IMG/VR virus record: IMGVR_UViG_3300033434_000010
Location: 1-41,365 of that record
Reading direction: 5' to 3' (one strand)
DNA: 41,365 nucleotides
Origin: a virus
Lineage: Duplodnaviria > Caudoviricetes
The position numbers were made by a program, and so were the translations under genes. Shown here in pieces: positions 15,454 through 23,791 of the stretch (the stretch's first letter is position 1; each line of letters opens with the position of its first letter). The notes under the pieces are model-generated. The model did no database searches and was not told where the DNA came from. It worked only from the letters and a program-made list of their open reading frames with translations.

Positions 15454-16383
15454 ATGGGGAAGACTATGAGACATCCAGACCTTAGGGCTCTCACAGGTAG
15501 ACCCAAAAACAAATTCATTCAGTTAGCTTTAGACACCAAAAATCTCAAGGAATCCCAAAAGGAAGACATCAAGTTTCCGCTATGGGGCTCTGTAAAAGTT
15601 GATGGTGTCTTTTGTATTGCCTGGAAGCACTCTGAAGGGGTCTCTATTTACTCAAGGACAGGTGAGGTTTATACGTCTATGAGGCACCTGGAGGATATAC
15701 TCAGCATGGTTATATGCTTAGATGATTTGATTATCTTTGAAGCTTTTGCTAATGGTGTCCCTCAACCTACTATTAGTGGGTGGGCTAGGGATACCAAGCA
15801 ACAGCACACGGAGCTTAGAGCTTATTGTCATGACCTCATAAGACTGGAGGACTTCCTAGGGCAATCTATCTCACTCCCTTATCGTGTAAGGAGACAAGTA
15901 CTTGAAAATCAATTATTACTTTGGTTGGTAGACCCTAGGAAATATCCTGAGATACGCATGGCTGAACATGAGGTCATGTATAACTGGGAGAAGGTCTATA
16001 TAGGAGCTGAGAAGGTGTGGTCTTTAGGTGGTGAGGGCTTAGTCCTTAGAGACCCTTCAGCTCCCTATGAACCCGGTAAAAGAAATAAGAGTATCCTCAA
16101 GGTAAAGCGAGGGGTCTCTTATGATCTTGAAGTGGTTGGAATGAATGAGGGCAAGGGTAAGTATGAAGGGACACTTGGGACGCTGGTATGTCGATGGAAG
16201 AGTGGAAACATTATTGAAATTTCAGGGATGACCGATGCACAGCGTTTTGAGTGGTGGGACATGCCTAGGAAAATCTTAGGCAAGATCGTTCAGGTGGATG
16301 CCATGTGTGAGTCCTCAAAGGGTGTCCTGAGGGAACCGAGATTCAAGGGGATTCGTTATGATAAAACGGAAGGGGATTTTTAA
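15454..16383 (+). CDS. ATP-dependent DNA ligase
   Basis: KVDG adenylation motif, SRTG, EGLVLR, LKVK, LREPRF. Confidence 0.95.
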   Translation: MGKTMRHPDLRALTGRPKNKFIQLALDTKNLKESQKEDIKFPLWGSVKVDGVFCIAWKHSEGVSIYSRTGEVYTSMRHLEDILSMVICLDDLIIFEAFANGVPQPTISGWARDTKQQHTELRAYCHDLIRLEDFLGQSISLPYRVRRQVLENQLLLWLVDPRKYPEIRMAEHEVMYNWEKVYIGAEKVWSLGGEGLVLRDPSAPYEPGKRNKSILKVKRGVSYDLEVVGMNEGKGKYEGTLGTLVCRWKSGNIIEISGMTDAQRFEWWDMPRKILGKIVQVDAMCESSKGVLREPRFKGIRYDKTEGDF

Positions 16384-16385
16384 GG

Positions 16386-16571
16386 ATGGCTAAAGGTATA
16401 CTTAAATTTTCTGTTACTGTCACAAACAATAATCTTGAGGAGGATAAGGTTACTATACTAAAGAATTGCCCTCAGGAAGTGCTAAAACTGGCGTTGTTAA
16501 AAGAGCTGAGAGGTGTTTATCCAGCAGACGGTATTACTTTAGACTCCCTCAATATGGAGGTAATTGACTGA
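16386..16571 (+). CDS. Hypothetical protein
   Basis: 61 aa, tightly packed in the operon. Confidence 0.65.
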   Translation: MAKGILKFSVTVTNNNLEEDKVTILKNCPQEVLKLALLKELRGVYPADGITLDSLNMEVID

Positions 16572-16927
16572 TGCAAGACTGCATGGGTAATGAGTTACAG
16601 GTAGGTGATACTGTAGCCTATGTATCAAGACCTGGTGGTAAGAGACATCTTGTCAGAGGTTACATTCACACTATTAATGCAAAGACTGCTAATGTTGTGA
16701 ACAAGGAAGGTAACTATCAAGGTTATGCGCATCCTGAGCAGATAGTCAAGGTTCCTTCAGAGGCTCAAGTGATAGTCTCTCAGGAGTATCTTGGTGAACT
16801 CCTGGAAGCCTCTACAGAGCTTTCCTACTTGGAAGCTGCTGGAGTTGATAACTGGGAAGGCTATGATATTGCTCATGACATGCGGCGGGAAGCTGAGGGT
16901 AAAGAGGAGGAGCCTGAGGATGAGTAG
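16571..16927 (+). CDS. Hypothetical phage protein
   Basis: GGAGG SD, SH3-like N-terminus, LEAAGVDNWEGY motif common in small phage proteins. Confidence 0.75.
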   Translation: MQDCMGNELQVGDTVAYVSRPGGKRHLVRGYIHTINAKTANVVNKEGNYQGYAHPEQIVKVPSEAQVIVSQEYLGELLEASTELSYLEAAGVDNWEGYDIAHDMRREAEGKEEEPEDE

Positions 16928-17013
16928 GCTCCTTTTCGATTCCCAAGGGATTTATGTTAGGACAGTCTCTGAGGAAGACCAACAAATAGCTGTTGAGGAG
17001 GTGAACACAAAGA

Positions 17014-17217
17014 ATGAAGAAATTGGTAGTAAATGTAGCTCTGACACTGTCTCAGTTTGTGCGGGATGAAGATGTCAAGGAGCTTAGTGAGACATCCAAA
17101 GGTGAACTACAGCAAGCTGCTGAAGAATTCCTGAAAAACAATTGCGGCTCTGATGTAGAACTTGCTGTAAGTGAATTTGATTATAAGATAATTGATATGG
17201 TGGAGAAATTAGGTTAA
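17014..17217 (+). CDS. Hypothetical protein (position of T7 gp5.5)
   Basis: GAGGAGGTG SD; lies just upstream of the gp5.7 homologue. Confidence 0.7.
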   Translation: MKKLVVNVALTLSQFVRDEDVKELSETSKGELQQAAEEFLKNNCGSDVELAVSEFDYKIIDMVEKLG

Positions 17218-17220
17218 CAC

Positions 17221-17445
17221 TTGAACAAATACCTAGAGGTTCTTAGAGAACTTTACAAACAACCGCGAAAGCTTCAGTCTGACTTTTGCCGCTACAATGC
17301 TTTCCAAATTGCTGAGGCTGCTAGTAGAGGACATATTGCAAGTGTACATGGAGGCTTTGCTGCTAACAGATGGTCTATTACCCAAGAAGGCTTGAGGTTC
17401 CTTAATCAGGCGGTGAGTGGTCTTGTGGGAAAAGAGGTACTGTAG
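17221..17445 (+). CDS. gp5.7 homologue (host RNAP inhibitor family)
   Basis: YL.VL......P..LQSDF.R.NA..IAEAASRGHI......W.IT..G.RFL matches T7 gp5.7. Confidence 0.9.
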   Translation: MNKYLEVLRELYKQPRKLQSDFCRYNAFQIAEAASRGHIASVHGGFAANRWSITQEGLRFLNQAVSGLVGKEVL

Positions 17446-17446
17446 T

Positions 17447-17614
17447 ATGCCTAAATATTGTACATCGTGTGGCTCTCCTATTCCTGATGAACAAGGTAAT
17501 TCCTGCTCAATGTGTTATGGTGATATTGACTATGGTAGTGATGGTTACTACCAAGAATGGGCTAATCAACAGGAGCAGGAGATCCTCCAACATGAACAAG
17601 AGCAACAGTCTTAA
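17447..17614 (+). CDS. Small zinc-ribbon protein
   Basis: GAGGT SD, CTSC...CSMC, acidic Gln-rich tail. Confidence 0.65.
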   Translation: MPKYCTSCGSPIPDEQGNSCSMCYGDIDYGSDGYYQEWANQQEQEILQHEQEQQS

Positions 17615-18371
17615 GCTCCTCTTTGATGGTGATATGATTGTCTATCAAGCTTGTGCTTCTGCCGAGACTGAGGTCAACTGGGGGGAAGGTTTACACACCT
17701 TACATTCCCAAGAGGGAGAGTCTAAGGCTCTTGTGGATGACAAAATCATAACCCTTGCGAATAAGGTCTTAGGTAAACTCAAGTACGAGGGTGAGTATGA
17801 ATATGTCCTCTGCTTTTCAGATGATGTGAACTTTCGCAAGAAACTCTACCCGCTTTATAAGGCAAACCGTAAGGACAAACGCAAGCCGGTATGCTATAGG
17901 GATGTTGTAGCCTGGGCTAAGGAAGCGTATAGCTGCTACCAGAGACCAACTTTGGAGGCTGATGATTGCTTAGGTATCCTTGCTACTGCTCCTAGTGCTA
18001 ATACCGTAATCATAAGTGGAGACAAAGACTTCAAGACTATTCCTGGGGTCTTTTTTGATTATGGTCATAATGAGCTCTACAACATCTCCCCTGAGGAAGC
18101 CTTCAAGTGGCATATGTACCAGACCCTCATAGGAGATACTGCAGACAACTATCCAGGGTGTCCTGGTGTAGGGGCTGTAGGTGCTAAGAAAATCCTGGAG
18201 GGTACTGATGGGACCCTTTGGGAGCGTGTAGTAAATCAATTCAAAAAGAAGGGGCTCACTGAAGCTGATGCTATCCTCATGGCGAGGGTTGCTAAGATTC
18301 TTCAATGGAATGACTTCGATATGAAAAATAGGGAAGTGAGACTGTGGGAGCCCCCAAGTATGAATGTATAA
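17592..18371 (+). CDS. 5'-3' exonuclease (gp6)
   Basis: FDGD, YKANR, LEADD, SGDKD, GDTADNYPG.PGVG motifs; AGGAG SD favours the ATG at 17592. Confidence 0.95.
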   Translation: MNKSNSLKLLFDGDMIVYQACASAETEVNWGEGLHTLHSQEGESKALVDDKIITLANKVLGKLKYEGEYEYVLCFSDDVNFRKKLYPLYKANRKDKRKPVCYRDVVAWAKEAYSCYQRPTLEADDCLGILATAPSANTVIISGDKDFKTIPGVFFDYGHNELYNISPEEAFKWHMYQTLIGDTADNYPGCPGVGAVGAKKILEGTDGTLWERVVNQFKKKGLTEADAILMARVAKILQWNDFDMKNREVRLWEPPSMNV

Positions 18372-18850
18372 ATGGTAAGGGCTGCATTCCTTATATCCCT
18401 GAGATTGCCTTAGGCATCAGCAAGCAAATTCGTAAGATGGCTGAGAGTAATCATATCTTTCTTGCGTTAGCAGACCTTGGAGATACTGATGCTATTGTGG
18501 AGTATCTCCAAGGTCTAATGCAGAGGGGTGTCCTTGAGGCGTATGTAGACCCTCATTGTAAGCAGCTTATAGGTATTGTGGGTTATAGCTGCAGTACCCT
18601 TTGGTGGGCTAAAGATGATCGTAATAGAATCCTCATAGAGGAGATAATCTTAAGTTTCAACGGTACAGTAGGCTTTGGTAGAGTGGCTGTTCAACGCCTT
18701 GAGGAAATCGCAAGGGAGAATGGCTGCTCTATTATTATGTCTGGAAACTTTTTAGGCGTAGGACAACAACAGATAGAAAACCTCTATGTCCGTAAAAGTG
18801 GATTCACAAAATTGTATAGTAACTTTTTCAAAGTGTCAGGAAAGGAGTGA
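18344..18850 (+). CDS. GNAT-fold acetyltransferase-like protein
   Basis: G+GR.....L..IA.E.GC..I......+..LY....GF pattern; start uncertain. Confidence 0.55.
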   Translation: MGAPKYECINGKGCIPYIPEIALGISKQIRKMAESNHIFLALADLGDTDAIVEYLQGLMQRGVLEAYVDPHCKQLIGIVGYSCSTLWWAKDDRNRILIEEIILSFNGTVGFGRVAVQRLEEIARENGCSIIMSGNFLGVGQQQIENLYVRKSGFTKLYSNFFKVSGKE

Positions 18851-19074
18851 TGAACTTGACAAATGATGTTGAAGAAAAACTTCCTTATGTGTCTGATGAA
18901 ATCTTAGAGTTCCTTGAAAAACGCTTAAGTGCTGATAGACTTTTAGACTCAGTAGAGATGGGGCTTGAGATGTCTGAGGCTGCTCGTTATGGCTTCATCC
19001 TTGGAGCTAGAGCTGCTGTAGGTGCTTTAAGAGCTGCTAAGATTCTCCAGGAACCTGAGGAGGATGATGAGTAA
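18847..19074 (+). CDS. gp6.5-like protein
   Basis: P.V....EFL..R...SEA...GFI.G pattern, acidic end, synteny. Confidence 0.7.
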   Translation: MMNLTNDVEEKLPYVSDEILEFLEKRLSADRLLDSVEMGLEMSEAARYGFILGARAAVGALRAAKILQEPEEDDE

Positions 19075-19322
19075 TGGGCGGGGTGGCTAATTTTGTAGGT
19101 GGTCTCTTCGGTGCTAATACAAAGTCAAAGAATACCTCCACTGTAACAGCAAGAGATATCCTTCCTTCTACTGAGTCAAAAACACCAGACTCCGCTATTA
19201 TGGGTAGTTCTGATTCTTTTGCTACCACAATGTCCGGTAAGGAATCCTTGAAGATTCAGACAGATCAAGCAGCTACAACTCAAAAGAAATCCTATAGCGG
19301 TGTCTATAATTATGAAAGGTAA
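19074..19322 (+). CDS. gp6.7-like small virion protein
   Basis: SGKESLKI motif, low complexity, synteny. Confidence 0.6.
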   Translation: MGGVANFVGGLFGANTKSKNTSTVTARDILPSTESKTPDSAIMGSSDSFATTMSGKESLKIQTDQAATTQKKSYSGVYNYER

Positions 19323-19331
19323 GGTGATCAA

Positions 19332-19583
19332 ATGGGTGGAATCGCCACAGCAGTAGTGGGTCTATTTGCTGCGAAGAAAGTAGCTAAGGCTGCAAGTGCA
19401 AAGACAACCACTACTACAGCAGTCACAAGTTCAGCAGCAACACCAGCTCCAGAGGCAGCAGCTCCAACTTCAGACACAACTGATAATAATGTAGCAGCAG
19501 CTTTGAAGAAAAAGGCTAAAGGTAAAGCCTCCTTAACTATTAATAGTGCCTCCTCTAGTGGTGGAACAGGTCTTAATGTATGA
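19332..19583 (+). CDS. gp7.3-like virion/tail assembly protein
   Basis: Ala/Thr-rich; C-terminal KKKAKGKASLTI...GGTGLNV; directly before the portal. Confidence 0.75.
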   Translation: MGGIATAVVGLFAAKKVAKAASAKTTTTTAVTSSAATPAPEAAAPTSDTTDNNVAAALKKKAKGKASLTINSASSSGGTGLNV

Positions 19584-21196
19584 GTAGGAAGGCCACTAGG
19601 CTTCAGTTTGGTGAGAATCTTCCTTCAGAGAGTCCTAAGAATCCTGTTCCTGAAGTAATACCTGGAGAGACTGCTAAAGGAATCTATAAGCGCATGGAGG
19701 CTGCTAGACAACCTTATATTGATAGGGCTGAAGAAGCAGCTCTCTACACGATACCTTCAATATTTCCTAAAGCAGGCTCTAACTCAACAACTACTTTTGT
19801 CACTCCTTATCAGTCTTTAGGTGCTAGAGGTCTCAACAACTTAGCTAATCAGATTCTACTGGCTATCCTTCCACCTAACACGCCTTTCTTCCGTTTAGAT
19901 ATCAAGGAGGACAAGAAGAGGAAGGCTGAGGAAAATGGAGTCCCCTCTATTATCTCAGATATTCAGCTCCAGTTAAGTCAACGAGAGCAAAGTATCCTTA
20001 AGTATATGGCTAACAGACAGTATAGCCCTACTGTGGGTGAAGGGCTCAAACAGTTAATCGTAGCAGGGAACTACTGCTTCTATGCTCCTCCTAAAGAGGG
20101 AGGGCTTAAAGGTTACAGGCTCAGTAATTATGTGTTAAATCGGGATGGTCTAGGCAGTATAGTAACCTTAATAACTAAGGATATCTTCACATATGCTACA
20201 CTCCCTGAGGATGTCCAAAAACTCTTAACAGGTGAGCATAAGCCTGATGAGGAGCAGGTAGTCTATACCTATGTAACCCTTAAGGATGACCGCTATTATT
20301 CCTATCAGGAAATAGATGGTGTCAAAATTCCAGGCCATGACAACAACTACCCTAAAGATAGTCTCCCTTGGATACCTATCAGGATGACTAAGGTAGATGG
20401 AGAGGACTATGGCAGAGGTTACATTGAGGAAAACATAGGAGACCTCAGGAGCCTTGAGGGTATCTCTAAGGCCATTGTCGAATATGCTGCAGTCTGCTCC
20501 AGGATAATCTGGCTCACTAATCCTACAGGTATGACTCAACCAAGGAAGCTGGCAAAGGCTAAGACTGGTGACTTTGTACCGGGGCGTAAGAGTGATGTTG
20601 AGGCTCTTACTCTGGATAAATACAATGATTTTAGGGTTGCTAAAGAAGTACAAACAGACCTCAAGCAAGACCTCTCGTTCGCTTTCCTCATGCAGAATGC
20701 TGTTCAAAGGGATGCAGAGAGAGTCACGGCAGAGGAAATTAAGGTTGTAGCTAGGCAACTGGAGCAAGGACTTGGAGGTATCTATAGCCTCTTAAGTCAG
20801 GAGCTTCAGTTGCCTTTAGTTCGTCAAGCTATTGTCCAGATGGAGAACTTGCGTATGCTTGAGCCCTTACCTGAGGGTTATGTAGAGACCTCTATAGTCA
20901 CTGGTATTGAAGCAATTGGTAGAGGTCAGGACCTTGATAAACTTGATATGTTGCTTAAGTATATCGTGGAGTTGGAAGCTAAAGGCTATATGAAACTTGG
21001 AGGCTTCCTGAAGGTTATCATTACAGCCTTAGGTATCAATGCTGAACTTAATGCTCTTATTAAATCCGAAGAGGAATACCAGCAGGAAATAATGCAGCAA
21101 AGACAAATGGAACTTGCTACTAAGGCGGCTCCTCAGATTGCTGGAGGGGCTATGCAAATGGTTCAGAATCAACAACAACAAGGAGGAAATCAATAA
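19580..21196 (+). CDS. Head-tail connector / portal (gp8)
   Basis: PYQSLGARGLNNLA, GEDYGRGY, QRDAERVTAEEI, LSQELQLP, GRGQDL motifs. Confidence 0.97.
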   Translation: MSRKATRLQFGENLPSESPKNPVPEVIPGETAKGIYKRMEAARQPYIDRAEEAALYTIPSIFPKAGSNSTTTFVTPYQSLGARGLNNLANQILLAILPPNTPFFRLDIKEDKKRKAEENGVPSIISDIQLQLSQREQSILKYMANRQYSPTVGEGLKQLIVAGNYCFYAPPKEGGLKGYRLSNYVLNRDGLGSIVTLITKDIFTYATLPEDVQKLLTGEHKPDEEQVVYTYVTLKDDRYYSYQEIDGVKIPGHDNNYPKDSLPWIPIRMTKVDGEDYGRGYIEENIGDLRSLEGISKAIVEYAAVCSRIIWLTNPTGMTQPRKLAKAKTGDFVPGRKSDVEALTLDKYNDFRVAKEVQTDLKQDLSFAFLMQNAVQRDAERVTAEEIKVVARQLEQGLGGIYSLLSQELQLPLVRQAIVQMENLRMLEPLPEGYVETSIVTGIEAIGRGQDLDKLDMLLKYIVELEAKGYMKLGGFLKVIITALGINAELNALIKSEEEYQQEIMQQRQMELATKAAPQIAGGAMQMVQNQQQQGGNQ

Positions 21197-22011
21197 TGGC
21201 AGATCAAGCAACAGCTCAGGAGTTGTATGGCTCTAATGCCGTGCTAACTAATCCTGATGAAGGCAGACAAATTGAAATTCAGACCTCTAATACTACTCAA
21301 TTTACTGCTGATATTAAACCACAAGGAAATCCAGGGGCTCCTGCAGGAGAAACTTCAGATGTTACTAAACAGGCTGAAGGGCAGGCCACTGTTAACCAGG
21401 AGGTAACTGGAGAACCTCCGCAACAGCCTGATGTCTTAGATGAAGTAGCTCAGGCAGAAGCAACCATGAAGCAGCAGCTCCAGGCAAACCAAGAGATAGC
21501 TCAAGACCTCACCTCTAAAGGGGTGGACTTTAAGGCAATCGAAACTGAATTTGCCACTACTGGAGATGTAGGTGAAGCTAACCGAGCAGCTTTAGAGAAG
21601 GCAGGCTATCCTAAGGCTGCTGTAGATGCTTACATTAATGGTATTAAGGCAACCGCTGATCAGTTTACTAATAGTGTCTATAAGGTGACTGGTGGTCAAG
21701 AAGCTTTTGAGAGTGCTAGAGATTTTGTTATCTCTCAAGGGCAGTCTGCTATTAATGCCTTCAATGCAGCTATTGAGTCTGGCAATGTAAGTCAGATTGG
21801 AATGGTAATCCAAGGTATCAAGGCACAGATGGTAGCTAAGAATGGCACAACTAATCCTAGCCTGATGGGTACTAAAGGTATTACCCAAGCAGCTCCTCAA
21901 GGTTTCCAGACTAGAGCTGAGATGGTAACCGCCATGAGTGATAAGAAATATGGGCGGGACCCTGTTTATACTCGTAAGATCGAGCAGCAGATGCTTAACA
22001 CAACTATCTAA
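21196..22011 (+). CDS. Capsid scaffolding protein (gp9)
   Basis: L.KAGY....VD.YI.G, GG.E.F, GF.TRAEM..AMSD.KY..DP.Y motifs; synteny. Confidence 0.92.
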   Translation: MADQATAQELYGSNAVLTNPDEGRQIEIQTSNTTQFTADIKPQGNPGAPAGETSDVTKQAEGQATVNQEVTGEPPQQPDVLDEVAQAEATMKQQLQANQEIAQDLTSKGVDFKAIETEFATTGDVGEANRAALEKAGYPKAAVDAYINGIKATADQFTNSVYKVTGGQEAFESARDFVISQGQSAINAFNAAIESGNVSQIGMVIQGIKAQMVAKNGTTNPSLMGTKGITQAAPQGFQTRAEMVTAMSDKKYGRDPVYTRKIEQQMLNTTI

Positions 22012-22027
22012 TTGTTCCACATATTGA
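22009..22027 (+). promoter_or_regulatory. Phage RNAP promoter 4 (phi10-like, TAATTGTTCCACATATTGA)
   Basis: 16/19 match, upstream of the capsid gene, followed by a 5' hairpin at 22029-22060. Confidence 0.75.
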
Positions 22028-22127
22028 TGAGGACCTCCTTAGGTTACTAGGGAGGTCTTTTAGTTTGTCCTTGAGAGGATGGACATTAAAATCCTCTACA
22101 TTAAATAACAAAGTGAGGTAATTATTA

Positions 22128-23111
22128 ATGGCAGATGTAATCATTTCAGCTCCAGGTCAAGTAGCAGGTACAGGTGATAGACTTGCAAATTTCCTAAAAA
22201 TCTTCGGTGGCGAAGTTATCACAGCTTTTGAGCGTACTTCTAAAACATTTAATCGACATCAATCACGGACAATCAATGCAGGTAAATCTGCAGCCTTCCC
22301 TTGTATTGGAAGAGCTACTGCTCAATATCTAGCACCCGGTAAAAGCCTTGATGATATTCGCCAAAATATCCTGCAGGGTGAAGTTAACATCCTTATTGAT
22401 GGTCTATTAACTGCTGACTGCCTTATCTCCGATATTGATGATGCCATAGCCCATTATGATGTACGCCAGGAATACTCCAGACAGCTTGGAGAAGCTCTTG
22501 GGTATGCATGTGATGGTGCAACCTTAGCTGAGATTGCTAAGATGGTTGTGGCAGATGCTGAGAATGTGGCAGGCTTAGGTTCACCTGAGATTATTCCTTT
22601 AACAGGTTCTACGGGTACAGACCCAATAAGTGCTACCTTAGGTGCTCTCTATACTGATGCCCTTGCAAAAGCTAAGTACTATATGGACACAAACTTTGTA
22701 CCTGAAGAGGAACGTACTGCTTATGTAATGCCTGATGTAATGGCTGCTATGGTTAATGCTAAGACTGTTATCAATAATGATTATAATGGTACAGGCTCTA
22801 TCGCTACGGGTACTGTTCTCATGGTGCATGGTTTTGAGATTGTACAGGTCCCTGGGCTTACACGCGGAGGTGCTTCTGTAACGAATATCCTTCAAGGTGA
22901 TGGTCATGTGTTCCCTACAACCTATGCTTCTACTTGTAAAATCTTGACTGCCCATCGTACCTCTGTAGGTACTCTTAAGCTCAAAGACCTTGGAATGGAG
23001 CATGCCCGTAGAGCTGAATATCAGGCAGATCAAGTAATTGGTAAGATGGCTGTAGGTCATAAAGGATTGCGCCCTGAGACAGTCACTATGACCACCTTAA
23101 CTTTATCTTAA
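22128..23111 (+). CDS. Major capsid protein (gp10)
   Basis: FLKIFGGEV.TAF.R, GKSA.FP, IDGLL, YDVR.EYS.QLGEAL, GH.GLRPE motifs. Confidence 0.97.
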   Translation: MADVIISAPGQVAGTGDRLANFLKIFGGEVITAFERTSKTFNRHQSRTINAGKSAAFPCIGRATAQYLAPGKSLDDIRQNILQGEVNILIDGLLTADCLISDIDDAIAHYDVRQEYSRQLGEALGYACDGATLAEIAKMVVADAENVAGLGSPEIIPLTGSTGTDPISATLGALYTDALAKAKYYMDTNFVPEEERTAYVMPDVMAAMVNAKTVINNDYNGTGSIATGTVLMVHGFEIVQVPGLTRGGASVTNILQGDGHVFPTTYASTCKILTAHRTSVGTLKLKDLGMEHARRAEYQADQVIGKMAVGHKGLRPETVTMTTLTLS

Positions 23112-23141
23112 TGGTTAACCTAAAATAAACAGAAGGTTTAC

Positions 23142-23186
23142 AAAGGGAATCTTATAGCAAATACGCTGTAGGGTTCCCTTTTTTTT
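23142..23186 (+). terminator. T-phi-like terminator after the capsid gene
   Basis: AAGGGAATCTTATAGC/GCTGTAGGGTTCCCTT stem plus T tract. Confidence 0.9.
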
Positions 23187-23205
23187 ATGTGGAAGGAGGA
23201 ACCTA

Positions 23206-23790
23206 ATGTCCACTTGTTTAGTTTCTAATGATGTAACTATTGATGCTGTTAATCGTATCTTAGCGGCTGTAGGGGATTCGCCAGTAAGCTCTATAGAAGA
23301 ACCTACAAATGTCAATGTTATCAATGCCATAAAGGAACTTGATAGGGTCAATCGTGGTGAACAAAAAAGAGGCTGGTCTTTCAATACAATTAGTGAGTAT
23401 ACCCTAAACAAAGACACTAATACTGGACAGGTCAGTTGGTCTACTACCTTCCTGAGACTTAAGGATACCTCAGGAGGTAAGCAACTAGTCCGAAAAGGAG
23501 ACTACCTCTATAATCTTACAGACCAGACCTTCACTTTTAACTCTTCAATAACAGTAGAAGCCGTAATCTTAAGGGACTTTGAAGAGATGCCTGAGGCTAT
23601 GCAGGACTATATCATTGCTAAGGCTGCTAATAGTTTCCAAATAAAATACCTTGGAGACCCTACCCTAACTGAGAGTCTTCAGGGAGAACTTCAAGAAGCC
23701 TGGATGGGTCTACAGGAATATGAGATGGAACAGAATGATTACAATGCCTTAGATAATCCTGATGCACGTCAAGTTATAGGTAGGTGGTAA
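23206..23790 (+). CDS. Tail tubular protein A (gp11)
   Basis: AVN.IL..VG.SPV, GWSFN, F.EMP motifs. Confidence 0.93.
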   Translation: MSTCLVSNDVTIDAVNRILAAVGDSPVSSIEEPTNVNVINAIKELDRVNRGEQKRGWSFNTISEYTLNKDTNTGQVSWSTTFLRLKDTSGGKQLVRKGDYLYNLTDQTFTFNSSITVEAVILRDFEEMPEAMQDYIIAKAANSFQIKYLGDPTLTESLQGELQEAWMGLQEYEMEQNDYNALDNPDARQVIGRW

Positions 23791-23791
23791 G

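Noticed and set aside
16791-17069. 92-aa alternative-frame ORF
   Set aside because: Largely overlaps 16571-16927 and 17014-17217; at most a short ORF from ATG 16920 is real, and support is weak.
23090-23205. gp10B-type capsid frameshift extension
   Set aside because: No evident slippery site, and the terminator follows within ~30 nt of the stop, leaving no room for an extension.
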